Assembly: GCA_030704615.1 (NCBI GenBank)
Contig: CM060734.1
Span: 29,202,001-29,266,000 of the forward strand
DNA from: Takakia lepidozioides
Lineage: Eukaryota; Plantae; Bryophyta
DNA length: 64,000 bases
Direction of reading: 5' to 3'
In this document: one piece after another, positions 27,020 through 39,900 of the stretch
How positions within the stretch are numbered: position 1 is the stretch's first letter
How the letters are laid out: each line of letters begins with the position of its first letter
Position numbers and translations under genes: made by a program
Notes under the pieces: model-generated
Database searches by the model: none
Seen by the model: the letters and a program-made list of their open reading frames with translations, nothing else
What the model was told of the DNA's origin: nothing

Positions 27020-28776
27020 CTCACTAAATATTATTAGACACGCAAGGCTGAAAGAACTATTCAGCCTAGGTATGAATCACATCCCTCTCAAACGTACTTT
27101 GCTGAAAGACGTTGTTGAACAAGTGTCTCTGGCTTTCCATAGAACCTGTGAAATTTTATATATAGACCCATGTGAATCTTGGGCAGCATCCTGCAGCCAA
27201 TGGGTAAAAAAACACATGCTGGGATAGATTGAAACAAAAAGCCGGCAGAGGAAGGTACGACTTCACTCACCATGAGCGCAATCCTCTTACTGTAAAAGAG
27301 GCAAAAGATGAACTTTCATGGCTTCTCAATCACCTGTATTTTTCTGGTCTTGACAAGGCTAACAACAACGTATGTTTTATGTGTGTGAAGCACATAAGAA
27401 CTCAAGCCTTCCACAGATTGATGGGTAAAGACTTTACACCATGCAAGCAAGCTGAGGTATGGCTGCCACTTGACCTTGTTCTAGGAAACATTTCCGTGGA
27501 AATACACAGTCTGATTCCGGAGATACCTGCTCCCTCCTGTAGATTACCTTACATTATGGGAATCTACAAGCTACATAAGAAAAAATACAGATGGATTACC
27601 AATGCCCATAAATGTGTTTTCAGTGAACTTGTAGCCTTCTTACAAGGGCTACCATGGATCTTCTACCATTGGTAAAAGAATGGGCCAAGACAAGGCTGGA
27701 TACTTATGAGCAATTTTTCAAAGTATCTACTGCTATGTATTGGATTATTGATTCCATCACTGACTTTACACTAAACCTGCCTGAAAAAGTCCATAACATC
27801 TTTGTTGCTGACATTACACAATGCTATGAGAACATACCTTTGACAGGACAGGATAACTTAGGGGACGCCATTGAATACGTGGTGAAGATTGCATTCCAGC
27901 AACACCATCGGTCTCACCCCCGAGCACGTCATACTCTATGGATTCCAGCCAAAAACGGTACTTTCGGAAAAAGTAGATGGGGCACGTCTTCCCCAAAATC
28001 AGGTACCTGGATTGAACTTTCTGAAGTCAAACTACTTATGCTCCACAAATGGCTTATGTCACATTGTTTTGTCGCCTTAGGGGACCGTGTATGGCAGCAG
28101 ATTTCTGGAATACCTATGGGTTTTTCATGCTCACCATTATGGTGCAACATGTACTTCCTTTCTTATGAAATCAAATTCATCTTAAGGCTTGCAGCTTTAG
28201 GACAATTCCAGCTTATGCCTATGTTTAAATCTGCCTTCAGATACATTGATGATATATGCTGGCTAAATGTGGGTGATGCAATGCTATTCCTGGACCCACG
28301 GGCAGACAGAAGCAGCAACAACCCTTGGTGGATCTACCCACTCAATGTAGTGGAGATCAAACCTGAGCTACTACGCACTAAAAAACGATTCCCAATACGT
28401 GGGGTTGGAAGCTTGTTTCATGAATATCCAGATTACAGTCTCAAACTGTGACACAGGTGAGTTCCATTTCCAGAAATATGACAAGAGAAGACTACTTCCT
28501 TTCTCTTACACTCAATATATCCAGTTCTTATCCAATAGGCCTGTGAATCAATCTTACAACATTGTGATTTCACAAGCTGTGCCTATTCTATACATTTCCA
28601 GCAATGCTGATCTGGCTGGGAAGGAGTGTAGCATTCTGATTAACACTCTTGGGAGGAATGGTTTCAAGACCAGAAAACTTGCTCGTATCTTGACAAAATT
28701 CCTTGAACGTGGTTCATTCCCTGGCCTGCTCTTCCCTGTACAAGAGCTTATTGAGAAACTGAAAGGTACTTTCTAA
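27020..28776 (+). CDS. Penelope-like element reverse transcriptase (Naiad/Chlamys type), 5'-truncated and frameshifted
   Basis: LPYIMGIYKLHK..YRWIT; ADITQCYENIP; WQQISGIPMGFSCSPLWCNMYF; FRYIDDI; YDKR. No C-terminal GIY-YIG, consistent with the clade that places the endonuclease N-terminally. Confidence 0.8.
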
Positions 28777-29059
28777 AAACCTATACAGAGCTATGTTATA
28801 CCATTGAACTCTACGTTCTTTTCTAAGTGATACTATACTAGTGTTGCTATGATACATTTTATGCCATCATTTCATCTTGATCCGAGGAAGTGAGGATGTA
28901 GGATTCTACTCCTTTGGATAAATATTATCTGAGGATAGAACTACATGGAAGAGGGAAAACCTTATGAGAAGAGGTCTGGTATGCACTCCCTTACGGGGTG
29001 AGTGCATACCACACTTACTTCGTAAGGTTCTGCCATGCCAGGGGATTGGCTGGTGGGTC

Positions 29060-30805
29060 CCTCTCTCTCCCTCTCTCCCTCTCCCTCTATAAATCTTTGG
29101 ATTTCATCTGGCCTTAACCTTTTGAGGTTATTTAGTTTTTCATCCCAACCTTTTTCATCCAAATCTGGATGATATTATTATAGGATGATGAAACTTAATG
29201 TACAGAAAGCTTGGTTTACCATCTATTTATTCATCTAAACTGGATGAACTACATGAATAATGGTTACCTATTTTAAAATCCAAGAGATAATAAAACTACC
29301 ATCATAAATGATGGCAGTTATTAAACCTAAGCCTATACCATAACCCTAAAAGATACCTTTTTATTGGATGTCATCCATTGACAATGTGCTTCTCTTGAAA
29401 ATGTGATTTTTCATCCACCCTGGATGAGAAATCGAGAAGTTATGCCCTAAGCACGCCGACACATTTCACAGCACTGAACTCGTGCTTCAGTGAACCTTGA
29501 TGATGCGCCGCGTAAACCTGCTCCCCTGCTGCTACATGATACTCGTGATGGCTGGCTCTTGGGATGTGCATTGGCGGTTAGGCAGATTCATCTCTGGCAG
29601 ACGACAAAGCGATGATCGCTTTGCTCAGAAACTCATGGTTCTTTATTTTGCAGCGGCGCTTTTACTCCTCGTTGGGAAGTACTCTATCCCTATTTATATA
29701 CAGATTACATGTTGCTCTCTTCTTGTATGAGCCATTCTCTATCTGTGAACGCTTCTACTTTGATTGCGTTCTGTTGGAGACGATCTGTTGGACGCCATGG
29801 CGCAAGGCATACCACAAACACTCAAGGTTTTTTGAGTTTACCCTTGCTTGAATTGTGATCTGTACATGCTTTAGAATTCAACACTGACATGGATAGCAAC
29901 TGTGAAGACCTGCCACTCACTTGCTGCATCCTCACTAACACACATCGCTATGTGGTGGTGTTTGGGACGGGCACAGGTGAGGGTCTTCACTTGTCTTGAT
30001 TTCTTGAAGCTTGCAGTTCCTGTTCTTGCAAGTGTGGATAATGTTGCTGCCTAAGCTGCTGATGCCATCTGCTGTTTCAAACTGCCACCATGCCGCTTCA
30101 GACCTGCTCCAAGATTGCTCCAATGAGGATCTGCTTCTCTCCTTACCCCTGTTTACAGTTTTTTACAACCACATTTGCATGTGTAGGAGTTTAGTTATGA
30201 AGGATACAAGGATACAAAATAGCAGTTATTACTTTGACTGCCTTGATACTTGGCTCTGAAATGAGAACTCTTGGTATGACTCTGATGGATCAAAAGGATA
30301 GGCTTTGATAGATAACACACATTCTTCAAGGCCCTCATATCATTTTGGTTTCATGGCTTGATAACAAACTGGGGTTTCTGAGCTGCTCTTTCACCTTGGC
30401 AGAACTACTTTATGTGGCCTTAAAATACCATTCTAGGCCTATACCTGCTTAAGGGGGCTCTACACTGTTGTTTCTTCTTCCTTTTTAAGAATCTTGCTTA
30501 TATCTTGGTTCTAAAACATCATCTTCAAACCAAACCTGCAATCTGGTTTTTGAAATGAGTTTAAAATGGATTCTTGAGATGATGATGTGTACTATGGTGC
30601 TTTCATGATATGAATGACCTGGAATCCCACCCTCCGCCCTGTTTTTTCAGAGACCCTGAAATGTAATTGGGTATTCAAATGAGATTGTAAACATGAAAGA
30701 GAATGATAGATGGTGCCCTGTAAAGGGCTGTTTTGTCTTTCAATGACAATGACCTTAGCGGTCTTGTCCATGTCTTGACATGACATGTATATCTTCCCTC
30801 TTTTT
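29060..30805 (+). repeat. 3' direct repeat (pLTR-like unit)
   Basis: Near-identical to 24130-26580. Begins with a GGATGA/TCATCC-rich segment ending in ...gccctA (hAT-like terminus). Confidence 0.9.
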
Positions 30806-30869
30806 TATTTAACTTTTTCTACCTCCTCTCTCCCTCTGTGGTTTTTTTTTTTTTGGTGAGCAGCACAAA

Positions 30870-33300
30870 AGAGAGGGAAGATACTTTTTGTCATGTCAAG
30901 ACAAAGATAGGACCCCTATGTCAAGAATAAATAGACATATCAGCCACTTAACAGTGGCACCATCCATCAATCATCAAGCTTAGAAAATCCAGAATTACAT
31001 CCATGCACAGTAATGTGTTCATGTCAGTATGATTCATAATCCAGAGAGTATGCCACTGATGTTGATTGACCACCAGTCAAGATCATGATACACTTACATA
31101 GGTCTGGGTGGGATGGCGGGTACTTGGCCATATTTTGGCCTTGATGTGGTGCAGGTCACATAGTCATACAGATTTACTGTTTGCAAGCTGTAATCCAAGC
31201 ATACTTACTAAAACCCCATGGGTGTCATGGAGGGTTTTCTTAAAAAAGAAAGGAACACTTGGATATCACAGATTTAAATACCTTGCCTTGCCAGTATTTG
31301 TTTAGACTGGTGTGCAGTACAGCTTGCCCCCACAGAAGATGTGGATATGTCTGGTAAGTTTTCCAGAACACCCCTATACCTTTATTTCTTGCTACAGCTG
31401 AAAATCAAAGCTCATGACAAAGCAAGGTAAATATAAAGGACTGCATACACATCCTGTGACAGTATACGGTACTGTCAGTACACCCTTCACATCATTCCAC
31501 ATTTGACCATGTCATTACACCATGTCCAGGGGTATTTCCACTTGACCCACCCTGGCTGCCTCAAAAACCAGTTACCATTTATATTACTGCCATATTTCAG
31601 TGTCAGCCGAATAGCCACAGGCAGAAACTTCACCATACCCTGGCCTAAGCATCTAGCTAATCAAAGCCATCTGGGTTGGAACATAACAGGGGTCTTTTAA
31701 ACAGAGGTACCTGAGTAGCTGCAGCAAATAGTTCCTTGCAGCCTCTCAATTTGTTTCCAATTACCATAAGGTAAGCAAAGCAAACTAGGGCCTGGAAAAC
31801 AGATGTGTGTCTCTCACACAAGCCATCATAAACCCGGCTGTCACATCATAACAGAGTCTTTCCACTGGCTGGGCCGAACTAGCCCATCGTAGAAAGCATT
31901 ACACTTGTTCTTCAAAAATCAAGGAAGGAAAGAGGCAGGATCAAGAAAAACCATAGAGTAGTTTAGTTTTTCAACATTTTAGGATGAGTCCCTGGCAAAC
32001 GATTCCTTCCCCTGCTCTGCAATCCCACTTGGCATCCAGCAGCACCTAGACATCAGAATATTAAGTGGAAGCCCTCACCTGTGCCCATCCCAAAAACAAC
32101 CACAACGCGTTGTGAGTTAGTGAGGATGCACGAGGTGAGTAGCAGGCTTCCACACTTGCTATTGAGGTCAAATACACTTCAATCTAAGCGCAGAGAATGC
32201 CAAAGGAAACAAGGAAGCAAAATCAACAGAAAAAAAAACCTTTTTTACTGTTTGGGGGAGAGTCGCCATCTCTCCACAAGCCTAACCATGCAGGGAGGAT
32301 TCCGCCAGCACCACAGCACTGCTACCTTAACCAAAGCAAGATCTTGCCAAGCACAAGAAAAAAAGAGCTTGGTTTCAAAAGGTAGGGTTTATAAAGGGAG
32401 GGAGAGAGACTACCTTGTGCCGCCATTCATCAAAGATCCAGAGGAGGGCTACTAGGGAAACGTCCTAGGCTTGCAGGTGGTGCCTCCGCCATCACTGCCG
32501 CGGTTCCCTTGTGCAGCAAAAAAACAGACAACTGAGACAGGGAATCTTCCCTCATTACTAAGCCACCGCCATCGCCTTAAAGAGCTCGCCCAGGCGTCGC
32601 TCACAAGAGCCATAAACACTCAACGATTGGCAGCTCAAGGTATCTGCAGCATGAGCACCATCGCTCCTCACAAGCCGCCATCGCGCGCGCTCTTGCAGCG
32701 CAAAAAAAAAGACATTAGGGTTGCGCATGGTTTTCCCCTGCTTGGCCCGTCATCCATCCTTCTCAGGATGAAAAACATCCGTCAGTCTGTCCGTCCAACG
32801 GACGTTGTCCGTTTCTCATTCGTGGAAGATGAAAGACATCGTGTTTTCATCCTGTCTTGCACTTCAACGGATGTAGTCCGTATTTCATCTAGGTTAGATA
32901 AAAAACATGGGGGATTTTTTATATAAAAAAACTGTTTTGCCCTGTATTTAGGTCTTGTCAGATGAAGTCCTTTTTTCATCCAGGTTGGATTGAAAAAGTA
33001 GGAACTGGCGGGAATTTCACAGTTTTTTAGTGAAGAAATATTTCACTAAAAATATAGTTTAAATTTTTTTTTGGATAAAGAACATCCAAAATTCCCTGCA
33101 ACCCAATTTTGTAATTTTTTTCAATTTCCTCGAGGATGGAAGTTGGGACAACAATTCCATAAGCCCAGTGTCCAGAGGGAGAGAGAGGGAGAGAGAGGGA
33201 ATCCCACCATCCAACCCCTGGTATGGCAGGCCCTTACGGAGTGAGTGTGGTATGCACTCACCCCGTAAGGGAGTGCATACCAGACTCCTCTCTAAAAGGA
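30870..33300 (-). repeat. Diverged inverted relative of the pLTR-like unit plus 3' hairpin segment
   Basis: gagagggaagata..tcatgtcaagaca mirrors 30770-30805; gttagtgaggatgca block; GGATGA-rich segment at 32716-33000; 33170-33295 is the reverse complement of 28965-29080. Confidence 0.6.
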
Positions 33301-34413
33301 CAAACTCTCCCTGCTCATATGCCAATCCTTCGGAAGATGTCCTGAAAAGGATTATCAGGCTACCTTTAGACAAACTGGGTATCCGAAACAAGTATATCAA
33401 CCTTAATGGTGTGATTGGGGTATGTATTGAGCATAGACCCCAAAATAAAACTAGTTTATTCAAGGTATTACATGTGCAAGAAACCAGTTGCTTTATGCAT
33501 GGTTTTCTTTCTTCTTTTTCGCATCAAAAGTCAACAAATCTGCATACATAAGGGAAAGACATACCATTTTTTTTAGGTTGTCAATGATCATTCCCAGGCA
33601 TCAAAGTTTCTCTTGTGGATTGGGGAGAACTCTCCTGCCATCTGCCTGGATCGGTTCGACCCATGGCTCCCAATGTCGATTGTGGAGCATGAATTGGATC
33701 CAGAGCCTCCATTGGATGTTCTGGTTACGGACTTAGCATTCTCGGAGTTGGAGAAAGATTGTTGTTTCTGTCCGAACCTGCCACCTCTTTGGTAGCCCCC
33801 ACGTCCTTTGAAATTAGCACCCCTGCCCCTGTTGGGTCTCCTTGTTTGCTGGAAAGTGTTCCCTTCAATGCGTTGCCGTTTATAGCTATTAAACGCAGGT
33901 TTGGGGAGGCTGTCGGAGAAAGATCCAGGTTTGATCAATCTCTCAATGAATCTAGCCCCTTAGTAGTTTATCAAGCAGTTTTGCCTTAGGGTTATCGGCA
34001 AAAGTTTCTGCTGCTTCCAAAAGGAGCTCCCGGATCATTTGGAATGTTATCTGAGCCAGTATTGCAGATCTGGCAGCCCTCATCAGCCATACAATGAAGC
34101 TATAGTACTTGCTTTGCGCTGAGGGGTATGTTGCATCAGGAAAGAAAACCCCAAGATGGTTAATCATGTACTAGACCAAATGATCGAACCAAACCACACT
34201 TCCAACACAGCCAGACGGAGCAGCACCAGGTCCACAATTACATCTTAGGTATGGCCTATGCCAATTCCAGAGTTGGCTTTTGTGATTCCGGGAACGGACA
34301 GATCCAGTAGGGGGATCATTTTTGGTCCTAAGAGTGATATTGTCCCCTTTGTCACATAGCTTATAATAAAATGTTTTTAAGGGCCATGCAATATCGATGG
34401 GCTCCTTTTGAAT
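33300..34413 (-). pseudogene. Second copy of the Cys/Trp-rich PLE-associated ORF, interrupted by the satellite
   Basis: ORFs 34171-34449, 33952-34167 and 33588-33938 are homologous to 18250-19600. Confidence 0.5.
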
Positions 34414-36103
34414 GCATCGGGCGAACGGATGGTTGCCCATCCAAATCATTTTTGTTTGCTTTCAAACTTTGCCAGTACGTTCGGGACATCCTCTCACAAG
34501 TCCCGGACTAATATGAGATCAATCGAAATTCATTCGATGGCTCAACGGATGGTTGGCCATCGAAATGATTTTGGTTCGCTTTGAGACTTGGCCAGTATGT
34601 TCAATGTGCCATCTAAGAGGTCCCAGAGTAATATGAGACGAAACGAAATTGGTTCGGTGGCCCAACGGATGGTTGCCCATCCAAACAATTTTCGTTCGCT
34701 TCGAGATTTGGCCAGCATATTCATCGTACCATCTGACAGGCCCCAGAGTAATGTGAGATCAATCAAAATTCGTTCGATGGGCCAATGAGGCATTCACTTG
34801 TCATCAGTTTTCGTTCATTGCGGAAAAAAAAAATCTAGCAATGCGTGCACGGCTATTGCACCCATTGAACGGATTGTGTTGAAGCCCATCTTTTGCCCGC
34901 ATGTGCTTGAACATGTGCGGAGACACAACAGAAGAATAAATCATTTGCTTCCCCGTCGACGCGCTCACCCCTCAAGCCATTCGAGAATTTAAATCAATTT
35001 TAAGCCAATGATTAGGTTTGCACTGCCTTTGATTGGGGGTTTCTGGCACGTATCGATTTTGTTTTTGGCTCAATTTTGTTCTGCGGCTTCAAGCATCCCA
35101 CCGCTACTCCCCCGCCAAAATTTGGACCAATCAAAAATGTCCAAAAACAAAAGTTTCTCTTCGCTCACTATTGCATAACTCTCTATGAAGAGTGCATGAA
35201 GTAGAACACAAATCAAGTTTGGAGTGCAAAACAGGGAAGAAACTTTGGTTTTGGGTCCAAATGAATTTTGTTCGCTCCCAAATTTGGCACGCATGTTGCA
35301 TATGGAGTCATTACGCATACGGTTCAGAAACAGAATGAACCATGAGCACGCGAAACGCAGTCCAACAGGTCCCAGAGTAATAGAATATCCAACGGAATTC
35401 ATGGCATCGGGTGAACGGATGGTTGCCCATCCAAATCATTTTTGTTTGCTTTCAAACTTTGCCAGTACGTTCGGGACATCCTCTCACAAGTCCCGGACTA
35501 ATATGAGATCAATCGAAATTCATTCGATGGCTCAACGGATGGTTGGCCATCGAAATGATTTTGGTTCGCTTTGAGACTTGGCCAGTATGTTCAAATGTGC
35601 CATCTAAGAGGTCCCAAGTAATATGAGACGAAACGAAATTGGTTCGGTGGCCCCAACGGATGGTTGCCCATCCAAACGATTTTCATTCGCTTCGAGATTT
35701 GGCCGGCATATTCATCGTACCATCTGACAGGCCCCAGAGTAATGTGAGATCAATCAAAATTTGTTCGATGGGCCAATGAGGCGTTCACTTGTCATCAGTT
35801 TTCGTTCATTGCGGAAAAAAAAAATCTAGCAATGCGTGCACGGCTATTGCACCCATTGAACGGATGTGGTTGAAGCCCATCTTTTGCCCGCATGTGCTTG
35901 AACATGTGCGGAGACACAACAGAAGAATAAATCATTTGCCTCCCCGTCGACGCGCTCACCCCTCAAGCCATTCGAGAATTTAAATCAATTTTAAGCCAAT
36001 GATTAGGTTTGCACTGCCTTTGATTGGGGGTTTCTGGCACGTATCGATTTTGTTTTTGGCTCAATTTTGTTCTGCGGCTTCAAGCATCCCACCGCTACTC
36101 CCC
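34414..36103. repeat. ~985-bp tandem satellite, left part (~1.7 monomers)
   Basis: Same monomer as 50647-57284; continues in register across element B. Confidence 0.95.
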
Positions 36104-36210
36104 TGCGAGGTTTACTATTTCATGAGCAGAAACCATGAGCCATGAGCCATGAGCCGCATGAGCCGCATGAGCGGTGAGCCGAAGTCTAAGATACGCGGAT
36201 TTCATGAGCG
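36104..36210 (+). repeat. Left imperfect TIR of element B
   Basis: tgcgaggttta-ctatttcatgagc-(catgagc)n...gtctaag. Confidence 0.85.
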
Positions 36211-36954
36211 GACTCCTCCAAATTTGGAAATGCGGCAGATTAAACAAGTATTAAAATAATAGTTTTTTATTTGACCTTGCCGTTTTTGGACGTTCCAGAT
36301 CATGTAATGCGGCGAAGATATGTCGTCAGTAACAAGTCCGCTCATGGTTTTATAGATCCGCTCATGGAAATAAGTGACCGTGCAACGGGAAATCCAGTAT
36401 ACCACTGCAAAAGGACGTCGCATACTGGCCTGTATAGAGTATTCCGCGGTTTTACATGCCTTAACATTGGAATGAAGCTGACCCTTTTGCCGCGATTGAA
36501 CCAATGGAGTCTGCACCAATACAGTCTGCAGTACTTCACAATTCGTCTTCTTCGGGTATTCGGCGGGAAAGGTTTGCAACTGAACTGGGAAATAGGGTGC
36601 CGCATTAGGGTTCGCACGTGCGAAATTTCGGAGCGGTTTGGTGTTGGCGAAGGCCGCCTCTGGGGTACCTACGACGATACTTGGAAATTCGGCGCCGCAT
36701 TTCCTTGTCGGAGGTCGAATGAGGAGAGCAAGTTTTCGGAAAGCAGAAAAACATGAACCCTCCAACATACAAAATACATGCACGTGGAAACAAGTGAACG
36801 ATATAGTAATATCTTAGTTCGATCAAAACAGGTTACTGGTAGGCAAGACATATGTCGGACCTTTCTGTGGCCAGAGTCTGAGGTACTGGCAGCAGTACAG
36901 TTCTACTATCCGAAAAGGATGGGCGTACCATTGTATGTGGACCGCAAGCCAAGC

Positions 36955-39900
36955 TCACTGGTCCCCTGGATCCATATTCAGAAGAGTGTGAACCTCCTGG
37001 GGGCTCAACCCTGGTGCATGTATGAAGTGATGAGTTGTGGAATTACAACGGAGTCTCTTTAGGTACACGTAGTACAAATGCTTGCAAGGGCAGTATGATG
37101 CCCCCTTGTTCGCCATGATCTGGAAGTCGGTGCAATTGCAGGTGGGTAATTCTGAAATGGTGATGGTGTACACCTCATTTGAGCCGTGGCGCCCGATCCT
37201 GGTGGGGCACTTCTGTCGAGCTCTGGATTGTACAGTTCATCCGAAGTGCATTCCCCATCCTTGTCTCGTTCACTTTTGAGGGAGGTCGCCGCCTCTTCGG
37301 TTTCCCCCAACGGTGTGTAGGATGCTTAGAGCTGTCGTGTCCCATTGTTCTTGCTCTCACAGGGGTCGGTGGTGGAGGTGGAAGCGGAAATGGTTGTCTG
37401 GGGACGTCAGTGCGCTGCACCATCCGAAATCCTGCGGCGGTAAGGGCGTCGGCCTCAACCTGACTCAGATCGCAGCCTGGTTCCACCGGCCCACACCGGG
37501 GGAGCCTCTGGCATTGTTTGTATGCCGTACTTGGGCTTTCCATACACGCAAGTCATAATGTCGTGCCTGCAGAACCAGAACTGGGTGGTTGTCGCCTCCG
37601 CAAACTTTGCATGGACAAATCTTCCTGTAAAAGTAGGAGCAGGGACAGCCCCATCTGGATTCCTCCTTATCATCTCTAAACAACGTTGCCGTGTATCCAC
37701 ACGAATTGCGGAACACCTTCCTCGAAACGACGGCTTTGTGCGAGCAATTCTCCACTGTGATGCAGACACAGTCGTCTCCACAATGGCTTGGCCATACTGC
37801 ATAACAGCGGGCGGAATGTGGGGCAAGGGAGCGGTGGGAATTTGTTGCACGAAATCCCCGGTTGAAGGCGACGGCGATCTGGAATTTCTTGGGCTTCCAC
37901 TGCTGGAAGACACATTGTGCGGCAACATGACGGGACCTCGAGGTGCTGTCCGAATGTTCCTGTCGGATCTCCAGGAATCCTCTTCGCACCCGGGTTCCTC
38001 TTCAATCCTCCGCCTGACAGGGCGAGTCCGGACGTCCCCCTCTAGGGTTTCACCTCTGCGGTGCAGAGGCGTCCCTTTGATCTTCTCTCGCAATGCTGTC
38101 GCCCATTTCACTGGATTCTTGGACCTCGAAGCTGTTCGTACCAACAATTCCTCCCTGTCCGGCCCAAAGCCCCATTGTTTGCCGCTCAGGAACTTGTAGT
38201 ACGTGGCTTGCTGCATGATTGCTCTGTCGATGTCCTCCGTTGTGGCCGTCACTACGTCCACCAGATGTGCGGCAGAAGACGCTCGCCAGGAGGAGTGGAC
38301 CGATTCTGCCATATTCGTGTTCGGCATGTCCGTGTCGGAATCCAAGCACCGCTCCTAGAAGGACACAAACAATGGTGAGGGACCAATCGAAATGTCCGTA
38401 ACAGAAAGACAAATGAACGAAAATGACAGCAGCCTACCTCCCGCATGTACTGTCCGAACTGTCGATACCGAAAATGCCACCACCCCAACCAGCTGTGCAA
38501 TGCTCCCAGATTGGTTGTCTCCACTGCACCTGACGTGTTCCACCAAGCCTCGATGATAGCAAACTTAACCTCCGCGTCATCAAATGTGGGTGCATCCTTC
38601 CACGCCGTACAAAGGACACGGTGTTCAGCCTGGAATGAGCTAGCAACAAATTTGGTAGTGTAGTGGGATAGACTCTGCATCCAATGGAATCCACAGGATC
38701 TCTCTTTCCCCTCCATTGGAACATTGGGGTCCTCACCGTACACACGCCGCACCGCTGCCCAGTTGGCCTGAGCGTTGTCTGCCATGAATCCCCTGAAATT
38801 GGGCTCTGGCAATCCCGCCCTTGCCATCTGCTCGTTTATGCCCTCCCACAGATGCATCTCGGACTGTGTGTCCTCCCCTTTCATCTCGCAGATTGCAATC
38901 GTCATGAGCCTCTTGGAGTGATAGTCATAAACATGCGCACCCATAGTCACCCACTGATGGTTTGTAATTCGCTTGATGTGATCAAACATCACCCAAGCAT
39001 TCGACAAGTTTCCAGTTGTCATGCGAGTGACCAAGTCGACTCCACTCCCAGGCCCACACGTCGACATTTTGAAAATGTAACAACGATCGGATTCGCTGCC
39101 TTGCCCTGGAAACCTGCTACCTTGGATGTAGTCATATCCAGTCATTCGTTTCACCTCCAGGATTGAGTACATGTCCGACCCCCTGCCGAACTCCTGCTTG
39201 CAAGATACGATGTGATTCCGCACATTCGGACTACAAACGTGCGAGACGGACTCCAAGAGGTCACGCATCTCGTCTTCGGTCAAGGGCTCTCGGTCGGAAC
39301 CATCTTCAGACATGATTTTGCCAAGAGCAATCTTGTGGGCTGCCTTCAGCTGAATCTGCTTTGGTCTGGCTCCGGGGCTCAATTTCACCTCCTCTTTTAT
39401 GATGTCGTGTGCTTCCTGCACAGCCTCACGCATGTTGCCTCTCGCCAAGGGGTGGCAGTGGACCCCAACGTGTATGCAAGCTCTAGTCAAGTCCGGGAGC
39501 AAATGGATACGTAATATTGCTTGGCTCTGCACATGGACATGCACGTCGGTGGTTCTTTGCAATGTGCACACTTGAAAGAACCCGCAGGAGCTTGGCTGGA
39601 GACAATGAATGGATGATGCGTTGTGCCAGTCCAATCCGTCTCGTTTCTCCGCCCTCCTTTGGAGAGAAAGTGGAAGCAGGTGGGATTGAGGCACCTCAGC
39701 TTCCCCGCACAGAGGACATATCGTACACGAACACCATCAGCAATTTTCGTGCTACTGGTCTTCGTCACACACCAGGGGTGTCCGTCATGCTTTCGATCCA
39801 TGTCTGTTAACATCCCGGAGGCTTTCTTTGACGAAGAAACAGGTGGAAACTCGAAGATGACATTGCCATCGACTTCGGGAGGCAGAAAGTTACCTTTCTG

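Noticed and set aside
24130-30805. Canonical LTR retrotransposon, and hammerhead ribozymes in the repeats
   Set aside because: No TG..CA ends, PBS, integrase or RNase H, and the RT is PLE-type. I could not find a CUGANGA..GAAA core by eye; an Infernal search would be needed.
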